The translations under genes were made by a program, and so were the position numbers. A stretch of 64,000 nt of DNA from an uncultured Aliarcobacter sp. (GTDB lineage Bacteria > Campylobacterota > Campylobacteria > Campylobacterales > Arcobacteraceae). Each line of letters starts with the position of its first letter. The first letter of the stretch is position 1. The notes beneath the pieces were generated by a model, which had not been told where the DNA came from, ran no database searches, and saw nothing but the letters and a program-made list of their open reading frames with translations. The DNA lies in NCBI GenBank assembly GCA_963664305.2, contig CAXXLV010000002.1:928001-992000 (forward strand), in the 5' to 3' direction. Positions 30,071 to 39,821 of this stretch are shown here, one piece after another.

Positions 30071-32454
30071 ATTTTTCCTAATTGTTTTTTTATTAGATAA
30101 TTTAATATACCACCATATTTAAAATATAAAAGCTCTAGTTTATTATCAAGTCTTGATAAAACTTTTAGATATTTTACCTCATCAGCTTTTTTTATTTCTA
30201 TTTCAAATTTCGAATTTATTTTTAAATCTGTTGTTTTGATAGTTATTAATTCATCACCTTTTAACTGCTCTAAATCATCTTCAATTAATTCAAGGGGTAA
30301 AATCCCTACTTTTATCAAATCTTCTTTAAAATTCTTTTCAAATGATTTTGCTACTATTACTTTTATACCTAATAGTTTTAAACCTTTAATTACTTGAATA
30401 TTATTATATGAAGTTGCAAATTTTTTATTTGATAAGATAATCAATGGCTTATTTTGATTTTTCATTTTTTGTGCATATTCATAAATAGTAACTATCTCTT
30501 TATTTTCAAAATCTTTTGTATATCCACCCTCTTTTGGGAATACTATTTTATTTTTTATTTTACTTATTGAAAAAAGACCTCTTTTTAAAACCTCAACATC
30601 ATCATATCTTTTTTCATAAGTTCCAAATTGGTCTGGTTTTAATCCTATTGATTCAAGATAAAATCCAACTTGAGTATATGGTGTTATTTCTCCATAAGGT
30701 ACTATATCTTTTGTTGTTATCTCTTCATCAAAAATTGCCAATATTTTTGCTTCATCTATATTTATATACTCTTCTTCTTTTTCTTCAAACATATCTAATA
30801 CTTTTTTATCAAAAGAGATTTCTTTTAGATTTTCAATAGTCTCTTTTTTCATATAGATATCTTTATACTTATTTTGATAACAAGAAGAATCTATACTTAG
30901 TAACTTACTATTTACTTCATTTGTACTAGGCCATATATCACTTAAACAAATATCTTGATATATAGTATCTTTAGTTATATCAAAATTTATATTTCCTTTT
31001 AAACTATATGCTAATACTAAAGCTGGCGACATAATCCAAGAAGATTTTATTTTATTATTAGAGTTATTCTCATCTAAAGAAGATATTGATACAACATTTA
31101 GATTAAACTCTTCTATCTCTGATATTAGTTCTTGAGTTAATTCTTTTGAACTCTCTATTACTATTTTAATTCCTAGATATTCAAAATATTTTAATAAGTC
31201 TAGTTTTTCTAGATACTCTTTTATCTGTAAAGAGTTTAATTCAAAAAATATTTTTATATTTTTATTTATTTGTACTTTTAGTTCACAAGCCTTTTTTGCA
31301 ACTAAACAAGCTTCTATCAAAAGTGTTAAACTTGAATTTGATGAAATAGTTGCTATTAAAATATCATTGTCTTTTACTACTCTTCCTTTCTTAAAAGAGT
31401 CTAACTTCAATGGTACATCTTTTACTTCAATTCTTTCAAATCCCTTTTTATAAATTATTGATGGTTTAATTGTTGAAAGATTAAATCTTATATATTCATC
31501 ATAAGTTAAATCTTGATTGTCATACATACCTTGTTTGATAAAATACTCTTTTATTAATGATGCATCAACTCCTCTTGTTTTTTCCACATAAGAAAGAGTA
31601 TTTTCATCCATTCCAAAATATCCACAAACTGCACCAAACTCTATAATTGTATTTGATAATGTAACTCTATCTTCTATACTGATATTTTTTAAACCGATTC
31701 CATAAAACTCAACTATCTTATTTTTTATATTACTTATTTTTAATATCTCTATTAAGGCATTTACAATATCACTTATACTTACACCTAATGATATATTTCC
31801 AAATAGCTCTATTCCTACTACACTTGGAAATTCTAAAATTATTGGTGAACCTAATATTGCAGATTTAATATCTATCTCGTTTAGTTTTATTCCTAATATT
31901 CCTATAGAGTTTGTCATACTAACTTGAGTATCAGTTCCAACAAGGGTTTCTGGAAATAAAAATATATCATTAGCTTTTTGTCTTGAATATAACATAGTTG
32001 ATAAATATTCTAAATTTATAAATGAAAAATCTTGATTATTTGAAGATATTACAGAAAAGTTTTCAAATCTTGCTAATGCTGATTTTAAGATATTAGTCTT
32101 TTCTATATCACTTTTATTATCAACTACTATCAAATCTGTAGTTATAGTTGGATTTATATTTTGATATTTATCTTTTAGAGGAATAAACTCTTTTAAAATT
32201 GATATTCCAAAGTTATCATTTATAACAACCCTATTTGGAAAGAATCCAATCTTTCTTAGATTATCTCTTTTTAAAAAAGTTTCTAATATATAATCATATT
32301 CACTTTCGTTTACATTTCTTATATTTGTTTCAAGTAGAATTTTTAAAGAGTTTGGTAACTTTCTTAAAATAGGATATTTTTCAAAAACTCTTTTTAAATC
32401 ATAGTAATGATAGCTTTTTTCATTAAATACAAAACTGTTTACAAACTTATTCAA
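30067..32454 (-). CDS. Aconitase A homolog lacking Fe-S ligands and catalytic residues (pseudo-aconitase)
   Basis: Colinear with AcnA (KLPNSLKILLE; NLEYLS; ETLVGTD; SPALVLAYSL; LSDIWPS; GILPL; YFKYGGIL) but active-site motifs replaced. Confidence 0.85.
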   Translation of the reverse strand: MNKFVNSFVFNEKSYHYYDLKRVFEKYPILRKLPNSLKILLETNIRNVNESEYDYILETFLKRDNLRKIGFFPNRVVINDNFGISILKEFIPLKDKYQNINPTITTDLIVVDNKSDIEKTNILKSALARFENFSVISSNNQDFSFINLEYLSTMLYSRQKANDIFLFPETLVGTDTQVSMTNSIGILGIKLNEIDIKSAILGSPIILEFPSVVGIELFGNISLGVSISDIVNALIEILKISNIKNKIVEFYGIGLKNISIEDRVTLSNTIIEFGAVCGYFGMDENTLSYVEKTRGVDASLIKEYFIKQGMYDNQDLTYDEYIRFNLSTIKPSIIYKKGFERIEVKDVPLKLDSFKKGRVVKDNDILIATISSNSSLTLLIEACLVAKKACELKVQINKNIKIFFELNSLQIKEYLEKLDLLKYFEYLGIKIVIESSKELTQELISEIEEFNLNVVSISSLDENNSNNKIKSSWIMSPALVLAYSLKGNINFDITKDTIYQDICLSDIWPSTNEVNSKLLSIDSSCYQNKYKDIYMKKETIENLKEISFDKKVLDMFEEKEEEYINIDEAKILAIFDEEITTKDIVPYGEITPYTQVGFYLESIGLKPDQFGTYEKRYDDVEVLKRGLFSISKIKNKIVFPKEGGYTKDFENKEIVTIYEYAQKMKNQNKPLIILSNKKFATSYNNIQVIKGLKLLGIKVIVAKSFEKNFKEDLIKVGILPLELIEDDLEQLKGDELITIKTTDLKINSKFEIEIKKADEVKYLKVLSRLDNKLELLYFKYGGILNYLIKKQLGKI

Positions 32455-32600
32455 AACTATTCCTTTTTAAAATTTCAAAATAAAAAAATATCTAAATTAT
32501 CTTTAATAATTTAATAAAGTATCATGAAAAGTATAAATATTAAAAAAATAACGATATAATAACAAAAAAATATTTTTTACAATTTTTACAAAAGAGTTTA

Positions 32601-34853
32601 TTGATGGCATCTTCTCAGAAAAACATATGGAGTTTATTTTATATAATAATTTTTTTAATAATCTCAAGTTCTATATTTTTAATATTAAATTTATACTCAA
32701 ACACTAAAAAAGATTTTATCATAGAAGAAGAAAATCTTACAAAAATTAAAGCAAATTCTTTAAGTGCTATTTTTTCTCAATATGAAACTATACTAAATAT
32801 AATAGAAAATCAGTTAATACTTGAAAAAAATTATCAATCTATTAATCTCTCTGAAAAAGTATTAGATTCTGTTCTTAAAAATGATAATAATATTTTAGGC
32901 TTTGCTTTATTTAAACCAAATGGCGATTTATATCTAACAAACAATAAAAATAATGAAAATTTTCCTAATCTACTTAAAAAAGAAGAGACAAGAAAATCCT
33001 TTGAATATACAATGCAAAAAGATAGTATTGTTTTAGGAAGAACTTACTATTCAGATATTAGAAAAAAACTTATATTACCAATTAGAAAAACTATACGAGA
33101 TGAAAATAGAAATGTTTTATTTGTACTTTCTATAATTATTGATGTTAATAAAATTCAATATTTTTCAAAAGTTGACAAATATAAACATCATGTTTTTAGA
33201 GGATTTGACTACTTTTATCAAATTTATAATGATAATACAAATATAGAGATAAATCCTTATGAAAAACCTATTCCTGAAAAACAATTACTAGAAATTAAAA
33301 AATTCGTTGAGCTAAAATATAATAAACCCATTAGTGAGTTAAAAGAGAGTGGAGAAGTTTTTACTTTTGAAAATAAAACTTTTAATTCATCAGATGAATA
33401 TTTAACATCAGTAAAATATTTAAAAGATTACGAATTATGGATAGTAACTAAATTTCCAATAAATGAAATTCATCAAATCTTTTTAAAAAAGGTAACTTAT
33501 CTATGTTTACTTCTATTAGCTATTTTTGTTATATTGTATTATCTATTCAAAATTATTATTAATAGTGAAGATAAAAAACAAAAAGCTTTAGAATTTCAAG
33601 CATATCATGACTATTTAACTAACTTATATAATCGTTTATTTATTATTGAAAAATTTAAAATTGAAAAAGAAAAACCTTTCTCACTATTTTTTATAAATAT
33701 TGATGACTTTAAAAGTATAAATAATAGTTATGGACATGATTATGGTGATGATATTTTAAAAGAAATGAGTTTACGTTTAATAAAAATTAAACAAAGTAAT
33801 GATTATCTTATTAGATATAGTGGAGATGAATTTATCTTTATCGTTTATGAAACTAATTTAGAAAAAACAAAATTATTCGCTTCAAAAATTTTAGAAACAT
33901 TACATCAACCTTACAATATAAATTCTATTACATTTACATTAAGTTGTAGTATTGGAATATCAAGATATCCTAATAATGCTAATAACTTTAATGATATAAA
34001 ACGTTATGCAAATATTGCAATGCATGAATCTAAAAAAGAAAAAAACAAATATACTATTTTTGAAGATTCTGTAAAAAATGAATATATCAAAAAACTACTA
34101 ATGGAAGAGGAATTAAAAAGCTCTTTAAAAAACAATGAAATATATATGATGTATCAACCACAAATTGATATAAATGGTAATTTATACGGAGTTGAAGCAT
34201 TAGTAAGATGGGAAAATAAAAAATTAGGATTTATTCCACCTGACAAATTTATAGAAATTGCAGAACTTACAGGTTTTATGAAAAAATTGGGAGATTTTAT
34301 TATAAAAACTTCCCTAAAAGAAATCACTGAAATTCAACAAATTTGTAATACTAAATTTCAATTATCAATAAATATATCTGTAAAACAATTTATTGAAAAA
34401 GACTTTTATAACAAAATGATGAATATGATTGAAAAAAGTGGTTTTAATATAAAAAATTTAACACTTGAAATTACTGAAAATGTTTGTATTGAAGATGTAG
34501 ATTATATAATCAATCTTTTAGAAAAATTTAAAAAGAACTCTATAAAAATATCTTTAGATGATTTTGGAACAGGTTACTCATCTTTAAGTTTATTAAAAAA
34601 ACTTCCTATTGATGAATTAAAAATTGATAAATCATTTGTTGATGATATTTTACATAATTCAAGTTCAAAAAAAATGATTGAAAATATTATATCAATAGGT
34701 AAAAATCTAGATTTGATTATTCTTGCAGAAGGAATTGAAGAATTAGAACAAAAAAATCTATTAGAATCATATGGTACAACTTTATTTCAAGGATATTATT
34801 ATTCAAAACCTCTAAAAAAAGATGATTTATTAGAATTTATCAATAAAAAATGA
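32601..34853 (+). CDS. Membrane sensor (Cache-like) GGDEF-EAL protein, probable c-di-GMP phosphodiesterase
   Basis: Two TMs around a periplasmic domain; HDYLTNLYNR; SGDEF; EALVRW; DDFGTGYSSL; AEGIE; QGYYYSKP. Confidence 0.92.
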   Translation: MMASSQKNIWSLFYIIIFLIISSSIFLILNLYSNTKKDFIIEEENLTKIKANSLSAIFSQYETILNIIENQLILEKNYQSINLSEKVLDSVLKNDNNILGFALFKPNGDLYLTNNKNNENFPNLLKKEETRKSFEYTMQKDSIVLGRTYYSDIRKKLILPIRKTIRDENRNVLFVLSIIIDVNKIQYFSKVDKYKHHVFRGFDYFYQIYNDNTNIEINPYEKPIPEKQLLEIKKFVELKYNKPISELKESGEVFTFENKTFNSSDEYLTSVKYLKDYELWIVTKFPINEIHQIFLKKVTYLCLLLLAIFVILYYLFKIIINSEDKKQKALEFQAYHDYLTNLYNRLFIIEKFKIEKEKPFSLFFINIDDFKSINNSYGHDYGDDILKEMSLRLIKIKQSNDYLIRYSGDEFIFIVYETNLEKTKLFASKILETLHQPYNINSITFTLSCSIGISRYPNNANNFNDIKRYANIAMHESKKEKNKYTIFEDSVKNEYIKKLLMEEELKSSLKNNEIYMMYQPQIDINGNLYGVEALVRWENKKLGFIPPDKFIEIAELTGFMKKLGDFIIKTSLKEITEIQQICNTKFQLSINISVKQFIEKDFYNKMMNMIEKSGFNIKNLTLEITENVCIEDVDYIINLLEKFKKNSIKISLDDFGTGYSSLSLLKKLPIDELKIDKSFVDDILHNSSSKKMIENIISIGKNLDLIILAEGIEELEQKNLLESYGTTLFQGYYYSKPLKKDDLLEFINKK

Positions 34854-34943
34854 TTTTAATAAATCCTTCTTTAAATACTGACTTAATGTATAATTATCAA
34901 ATCTTATCTTATAATAGTTGCTTTAAATTTTAAAGGCAAATTT

Positions 34944-37760
34944 ATGACAGATACTATAAAAATATTTAATGCTAAAGAAAACAATCTAAAAAATATCAAT
35001 TTAGAAATCCCTAAAAATAAGTTAATTGTATTTACTGGTTTATCAGGAAGTGGTAAATCAACATTAGCTTTTGATACACTATATGCAGAAGGTCAAAGAA
35101 GATATATTGAATCTCTTTCTTCATATGCTAGACAATTCTTGGATAAAGTTGGAAAGCCTGATGTTGAAAGAATTGAAGGTTTAACTCCTGCAATTGCAAT
35201 TGACCAAAAAACAACTTCAAAAAACCCTCGTTCAACTGTTGGAACAATAACTGAAGTATATGATTACTTTAGACTTTTATATGCAAGAATAGGAAAACAA
35301 CATTGTCATCAATGTGGTCAACCTATTTCTCAAATGAGTGCAAGTGATGTTATAAATCAAGTTTTATCTCTACCAAACGAATCAAAAATTGTAATTCTTG
35401 CTCCTTTAATAAACAGAAAAAAAGGAACATTTGCAGATTTACTTGAAAGCCTTAAAAATAAAGGTTATGTTAGAGCTATGATTGATGGAGTTATGGTTAG
35501 ACTTGATGAAGATATAGAATTAGCTAAAACTCAAATGCATACTATCAAAGTTGTAATAGATAGACTTACAGTAAAAGAAGAAAACAAAGAAAGAATTGCA
35601 CAAGATGTTGAAAAAGGTCTAAAAGAGAGTTTTGGAGAACTTGAAATTGAAATCATGAACCATGAAGAAGTAGGAACTGAAAAATTCATACATTATTCTG
35701 AACATATGGCTTGTTTTGATTGTAAAATCTCTTTTGAACCTCTTGAACCTCTATCTTTTTCATTTAACTCTCCAAAAGGTGCTTGTTCATCTTGTGATGG
35801 ATTAGGAATAAGATATGCTTTAGATATGAAAAAAGTAATTGATGAAGATTTAGATATTGAAAATGGAGCTATAAAAATCATCTATGGTTTTAATAAAGGC
35901 TTTTACTTTAAAATGCTTATTGCTTTTTGCGAACAAAATGATATAAATATTAAAATACCATTTAGAGATTTAGAAGAACATCACAAAAAAGCAATACTAC
36001 ATGGAACAGTTGATGAAGTAACTTTTTTCTGGAAAAAACATAAATTAACTAGAAAATGGGATGGTATAGTTAAACTTGCATACGACATGATTAAAGATGA
36101 AAAAGAGATGAGCGAATACATGACTGAAAAGAAATGTGACTCATGTAATGGAAATAGACTAAAACCTTCTTCTCAAAGTGTATTTGTAGCAAATAGAACA
36201 ATACCTGATATTTTAAATATTCCAATAGAAGATGCTCATACATTTTTCCAAGATGACAAAAACTTTGAATACTTAAGTGAACAAAACAGAATGATTGCAA
36301 CTCCTATTTTAAAAGAGATAAGAGAAAGAATCTACTTCTTATTTGATGTTGGATTAGGATATATAACTTTAGGAAGAGATGCACGAACTATAAGTGGTGG
36401 AGAAGCTCAAAGAATCAGGGTTGCTTCACAAATTGGTTCAGGTTTAACTGGAGTTATGTATGTTCTTGACGAACCATCTATTGGTTTACATGAAAGAGAT
36501 ACAAATAAACTAATCAAAACTTTAAGAGCCTTACAAGAAAAAGGAAATACTGTAATAGTTGTTGAACATGATAAAGAGACTATTCAAGCAGCTGATTATA
36601 TAGTTGATATTGGACCAAATGCAGGTAAATTTGGTGGAGAAATAGTTTTTGCTGGTACATTAAAAGAGATGAACAAAGCAAAAACTCTAACTGCTCAATA
36701 TGTAACTGGAGCAAAAAAGATAGATTATGTTCATAATCGTCCTCAAGAAGAGTTTATTGAAATTAAAAATGTAACTATAAACAACATAAAAGATCTTGAT
36801 GTTCAAATTCCACTTAAAAATCTTGTTTCAATTACAGGTGTTAGTGGTAGTGGTAAATCTTCACTTATTTTACAAACACTACTTCCTGTTGCAAAAGAAC
36901 TTTTAAATAGAGCAAAAAAAGTAAAAAAAGTTGATGGAGTTGAGATTGAAGGACTTGAAAAACTTGATAAAGTTATCTATCTTGACCAAAGTCCAATAGG
37001 AAGAACTCCTAGATCAAATCCAGCAACTTATACTGGGCTTATGGATGATATTAGAGATTTATTTGCAAAAACTAAAGAAGCAATGCTTAGAGGTTATAAA
37101 ATAGGAAGATTTTCTTTCAATGTAAAAGGTGGAAGATGTGAAAAATGTCAAGGGGAAGGTGAAATAAAAATTGAAATGCACTTCTTACCTGATATTATGG
37201 TGAAATGTGATGCTTGTCATGGTCACAGATATAATGCTCAAACTTTAGAAATTATGTATAAAGGGAAAAACATCTCTGATGTTTTAAATATGAGTGTTGA
37301 TGAAGCTTTAGAGTTTTTTGCAAAAGTTCCAAAATTAAAAGCAAAACTTCAAACATTAAGTGATGTTGGACTTGGATATATAACTTTAGGACAAAATGCT
37401 ATTACACTATCTGGTGGTGAAGCACAAAGGATAAAACTAAGTAAAGAATTAAGTAAAAAAGATACTGGAAATACTCTATATGTTTTAGATGAGCCAACAA
37501 CTGGTTTACACTTTGCTGATGTTGATAGATTAACAAAAGTTTTACATCACCTAGTAGAACTTGGAAACTCTGTACTTGTAATTGAACATAACCTTGATGT
37601 TATTAAAAACTCTGATTGGGTTATTGATATTGGACCAGAAGGTGGAAGTAAAGGTGGAAAAGTTGTAGATGAGGGAACTCCTGAATTTTTAGCCCAAAAC
37701 CATAAAAATTCTGGTTCTTATACTGGATATTATTTGGATAAAGAGATAAATGGAAAATGA
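34944..37760 (+). CDS. uvrA: Excinuclease ABC subunit A
   Basis: Two ABC cassettes (GLSGSGKS; GVSGSGKS), SGGEAQR twice, zinc fingers. Confidence 0.99.
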   Translation: MTDTIKIFNAKENNLKNINLEIPKNKLIVFTGLSGSGKSTLAFDTLYAEGQRRYIESLSSYARQFLDKVGKPDVERIEGLTPAIAIDQKTTSKNPRSTVGTITEVYDYFRLLYARIGKQHCHQCGQPISQMSASDVINQVLSLPNESKIVILAPLINRKKGTFADLLESLKNKGYVRAMIDGVMVRLDEDIELAKTQMHTIKVVIDRLTVKEENKERIAQDVEKGLKESFGELEIEIMNHEEVGTEKFIHYSEHMACFDCKISFEPLEPLSFSFNSPKGACSSCDGLGIRYALDMKKVIDEDLDIENGAIKIIYGFNKGFYFKMLIAFCEQNDINIKIPFRDLEEHHKKAILHGTVDEVTFFWKKHKLTRKWDGIVKLAYDMIKDEKEMSEYMTEKKCDSCNGNRLKPSSQSVFVANRTIPDILNIPIEDAHTFFQDDKNFEYLSEQNRMIATPILKEIRERIYFLFDVGLGYITLGRDARTISGGEAQRIRVASQIGSGLTGVMYVLDEPSIGLHERDTNKLIKTLRALQEKGNTVIVVEHDKETIQAADYIVDIGPNAGKFGGEIVFAGTLKEMNKAKTLTAQYVTGAKKIDYVHNRPQEEFIEIKNVTINNIKDLDVQIPLKNLVSITGVSGSGKSSLILQTLLPVAKELLNRAKKVKKVDGVEIEGLEKLDKVIYLDQSPIGRTPRSNPATYTGLMDDIRDLFAKTKEAMLRGYKIGRFSFNVKGGRCEKCQGEGEIKIEMHFLPDIMVKCDACHGHRYNAQTLEIMYKGKNISDVLNMSVDEALEFFAKVPKLKAKLQTLSDVGLGYITLGQNAITLSGGEAQRIKLSKELSKKDTGNTLYVLDEPTTGLHFADVDRLTKVLHHLVELGNSVLVIEHNLDVIKNSDWVIDIGPEGGSKGGKVVDEGTPEFLAQNHKNSGSYTGYYLDKEINGK

Positions 37761-38101
37761 AAATAGATTATAATATTTTCAATCAAAAAACTGCTATTGA
37801 TAGATTTATCTTTGCAATAGAAAATGGATATTTCGTTGAAGCGCATGAACTTCTTGAAGATGATTGGAATTTTTATAAAAAACAAGGTGAAATAAATAAA
37901 TCACTTGTGTTAAAAGGTTTGATAAATGGAGCAACTGCACTTGCTCTTTTTCATATTAAAAAAAGACCTGAGAGTTATAAAAAAGTTTGGCCAGTATTTG
38001 GGAAATATCTTCCACTTTTAGATAGTGTAGATTTTGAGGAAAAAGAAAAATATTACAAAGCAAAAGAAATACTAATTAAATTAAATGAAAGAATCAAGTA
38101 G
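37757..38101 (+). CDS. DUF309-family protein
   Basis: FVEAHELLEDDW...LKGLINGATAL. Confidence 0.8.
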   Translation: MKIDYNIFNQKTAIDRFIFAIENGYFVEAHELLEDDWNFYKKQGEINKSLVLKGLINGATALALFHIKKRPESYKKVWPVFGKYLPLLDSVDFEEKEKYYKAKEILIKLNERIK

Positions 38102-38121
38102 ATTTCACTACTTAATTCTTT
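38088..38121. terminator. Bidirectional terminator hairpin
   Basis: aaagaat-c-aagtag...ctactt-a-attcttt inverted repeat between convergent genes. Confidence 0.6.
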
Positions 38122-38490
38122 TTAAGAAGCAGTTGCTGCATCCTCACTTAAACTTAACATATAAGCTTTCATTTTCATCATCTCTTCTGTTGGGTATTGA
38201 TTTTCAACATTACCTCTTTCTACTTTTACATAAAAATCTTTAGATGAATCATTGTAACCAAAATTCATATTTGATAAAACTACTTCATATTTATTTGAAG
38301 AAGTCTGTTCATTTTTAGCAGCTTTAACATCAGAAGCTTCTTTGGCTTTTGATATAGCTTGTTGTTGTACTTGTTCCAAACTCTCTTTTGTTTTAACTTC
38401 AGAAGAATTTGAAGAAGCTTGAACTTTTTGCATTTCTAAAGCTTTATTATCGCTATATTGGTCTATTTTAGGTATCAATCCATATTCCAT
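38122..38490 (-). CDS. FlaG-like protein
   Basis: C-terminal NFGYNDSSKDFYVKV...QYPTEEMMKM matches the FlaG pattern. Confidence 0.65.
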   Translation of the reverse strand: MEYGLIPKIDQYSDNKALEMQKVQASSNSSEVKTKESLEQVQQQAISKAKEASDVKAAKNEQTSSNKYEVVLSNMNFGYNDSSKDFYVKVERGNVENQYPTEEMMKMKAYMLSLSEDAATAS

Positions 38491-38627
38491 AATAAGCTCC
38501 TTTCAGAAAAATCTTTTTATACGTTAATTATACAACAAATTCTTATTTTTTTTCAAAAAATTTATTTATTAAGTTTATTTTGATATTATTAGTTACAAAT
38601 TATATCAATTAAAAAAAGGAGTCCTGC

Positions 38628-38687
38628 TTGGAAGATAATTCCCCGAGGCAAAGTTTAGTTAAAAGTGAGAAAAAATGGAAATTTTAA
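38628..38687 (+). CDS. Putative leader peptide (19 aa, MEDNSPRQSLVKSEKKWKF) overlapping the CNNM gene start
   Basis: AAGGAG RBS, TTG 38628, TAA 38687; different frame from the CNNM ATG at 38675. Confidence 0.6.
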   Translation: MEDNSPRQSLVKSEKKWKF

Positions 38688-39730
38688 TCTTACTATTTGT
38701 TGCTGTTATTGGTACATCATTTTTATGTTCTATATTAGAATCTATTCTTTTATCTACAAATGTTTCTTACATCTCTGTTTTAGAAAAAAACAATCCTTTT
38801 GCTGGAAAACTGTTAAAAAAACTAAAAACTGACATTGATAAATCTATTGCATCAATTCTTATTTTAAATACTATTGCTAATACATTAGGTGCAACTCTTA
38901 TTGGAGTTCAAGCTCAAAATGTATTTGAAGAAGATGGTACATTAGTTATGGTTGTTTCAATTGTATTAACATTTATGATTCTATTTTTTGCAGAAATTAT
39001 TCCAAAAACAATTGGAGCAGTTTATTGGAAACAATTAGCTCCTTATGCACCAAGAATTATAAACTTTTTTATTTTTATAACTTATCCAATAATCATTGTA
39101 ACTCAATTTGTTACAAAAAAAATTGGTAAAGAAACAAGTGAAGCTAGTTCAAGAGAAGAGTTAATTCACTCTACACTTTTAAGTGAAGAAGAAGGTATTA
39201 TTGGAGATATGGAATCTCAAATTATTGAAAATACTCTGAAACTAAATAGTATAAAACTAAAAGATATACTTACTCCTCGTTCTGTTGTTTTTGCAATTGA
39301 AAAAAATACATTAATAAAAGACATAGTTGAAGACAAAAGAACTTTTAAATTTTCAAGAGTTCCAGTTTATGAAGGAACTATTGATAACATAGTTGGAATT
39401 GTTTTAACTAAAAAAATATTCAAACAAGCAATAACTGAGGGTGAAAAAAATCTTGAAGATATAATGAAACCTGTTTTTTCATTACATGCAAATATTCATG
39501 TTGCAAAAGCTTTAAATATGTTCATTCAAAAAAAAGAACATATGTTTATAGTTCATGATTCATATAATCAAACAGAAGGTATTGTTACATTAGAAGATTG
39601 TCTTGAAACTCTACTTGGTTTAGAAATTATGGATGAATTAGATACAACTGCTGACATGAGAAAACTTGCACTTAACAAAATGAAAGCAAAAAGAAAAGAG
39701 AAAGAAAAAAATTTAGAAAATATTAAATAA
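38675..39730 (+). CDS. CNNM/CorB-family (DUF21 + CBS pair) Mg2+/Co2+ transporter, paralog 1
   Basis: SFLCSILES; ILILNTIANT; EIIPKTIG; TPRS; FSRVPVY; GIVTLED. Confidence 0.92.
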   Translation: MEILILLFVAVIGTSFLCSILESILLSTNVSYISVLEKNNPFAGKLLKKLKTDIDKSIASILILNTIANTLGATLIGVQAQNVFEEDGTLVMVVSIVLTFMILFFAEIIPKTIGAVYWKQLAPYAPRIINFFIFITYPIIIVTQFVTKKIGKETSEASSREELIHSTLLSEEEGIIGDMESQIIENTLKLNSIKLKDILTPRSVVFAIEKNTLIKDIVEDKRTFKFSRVPVYEGTIDNIVGIVLTKKIFKQAITEGEKNLEDIMKPVFSLHANIHVAKALNMFIQKKEHMFIVHDSYNQTEGIVTLEDCLETLLGLEIMDELDTTADMRKLALNKMKAKRKEKEKNLENIK

Positions 39731-39750
39731 AAATTTTTGATAATTTTTTC

Positions 39751-39786
39751 AAAGTGAGTGTCAAATTGGCATTCACTTTTTTTTTG
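39751..39786 (+). terminator. Intrinsic terminator after the CNNM gene
   Basis: aaagtgagtgtca-aat-tggcattcacttt stem (G-U pairs) followed by a T tract. Confidence 0.75.
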
Positions 39787-39821
39787 ATATAATTAATAAA
39801 CTTAAATTTCAAAGGTCTTTT

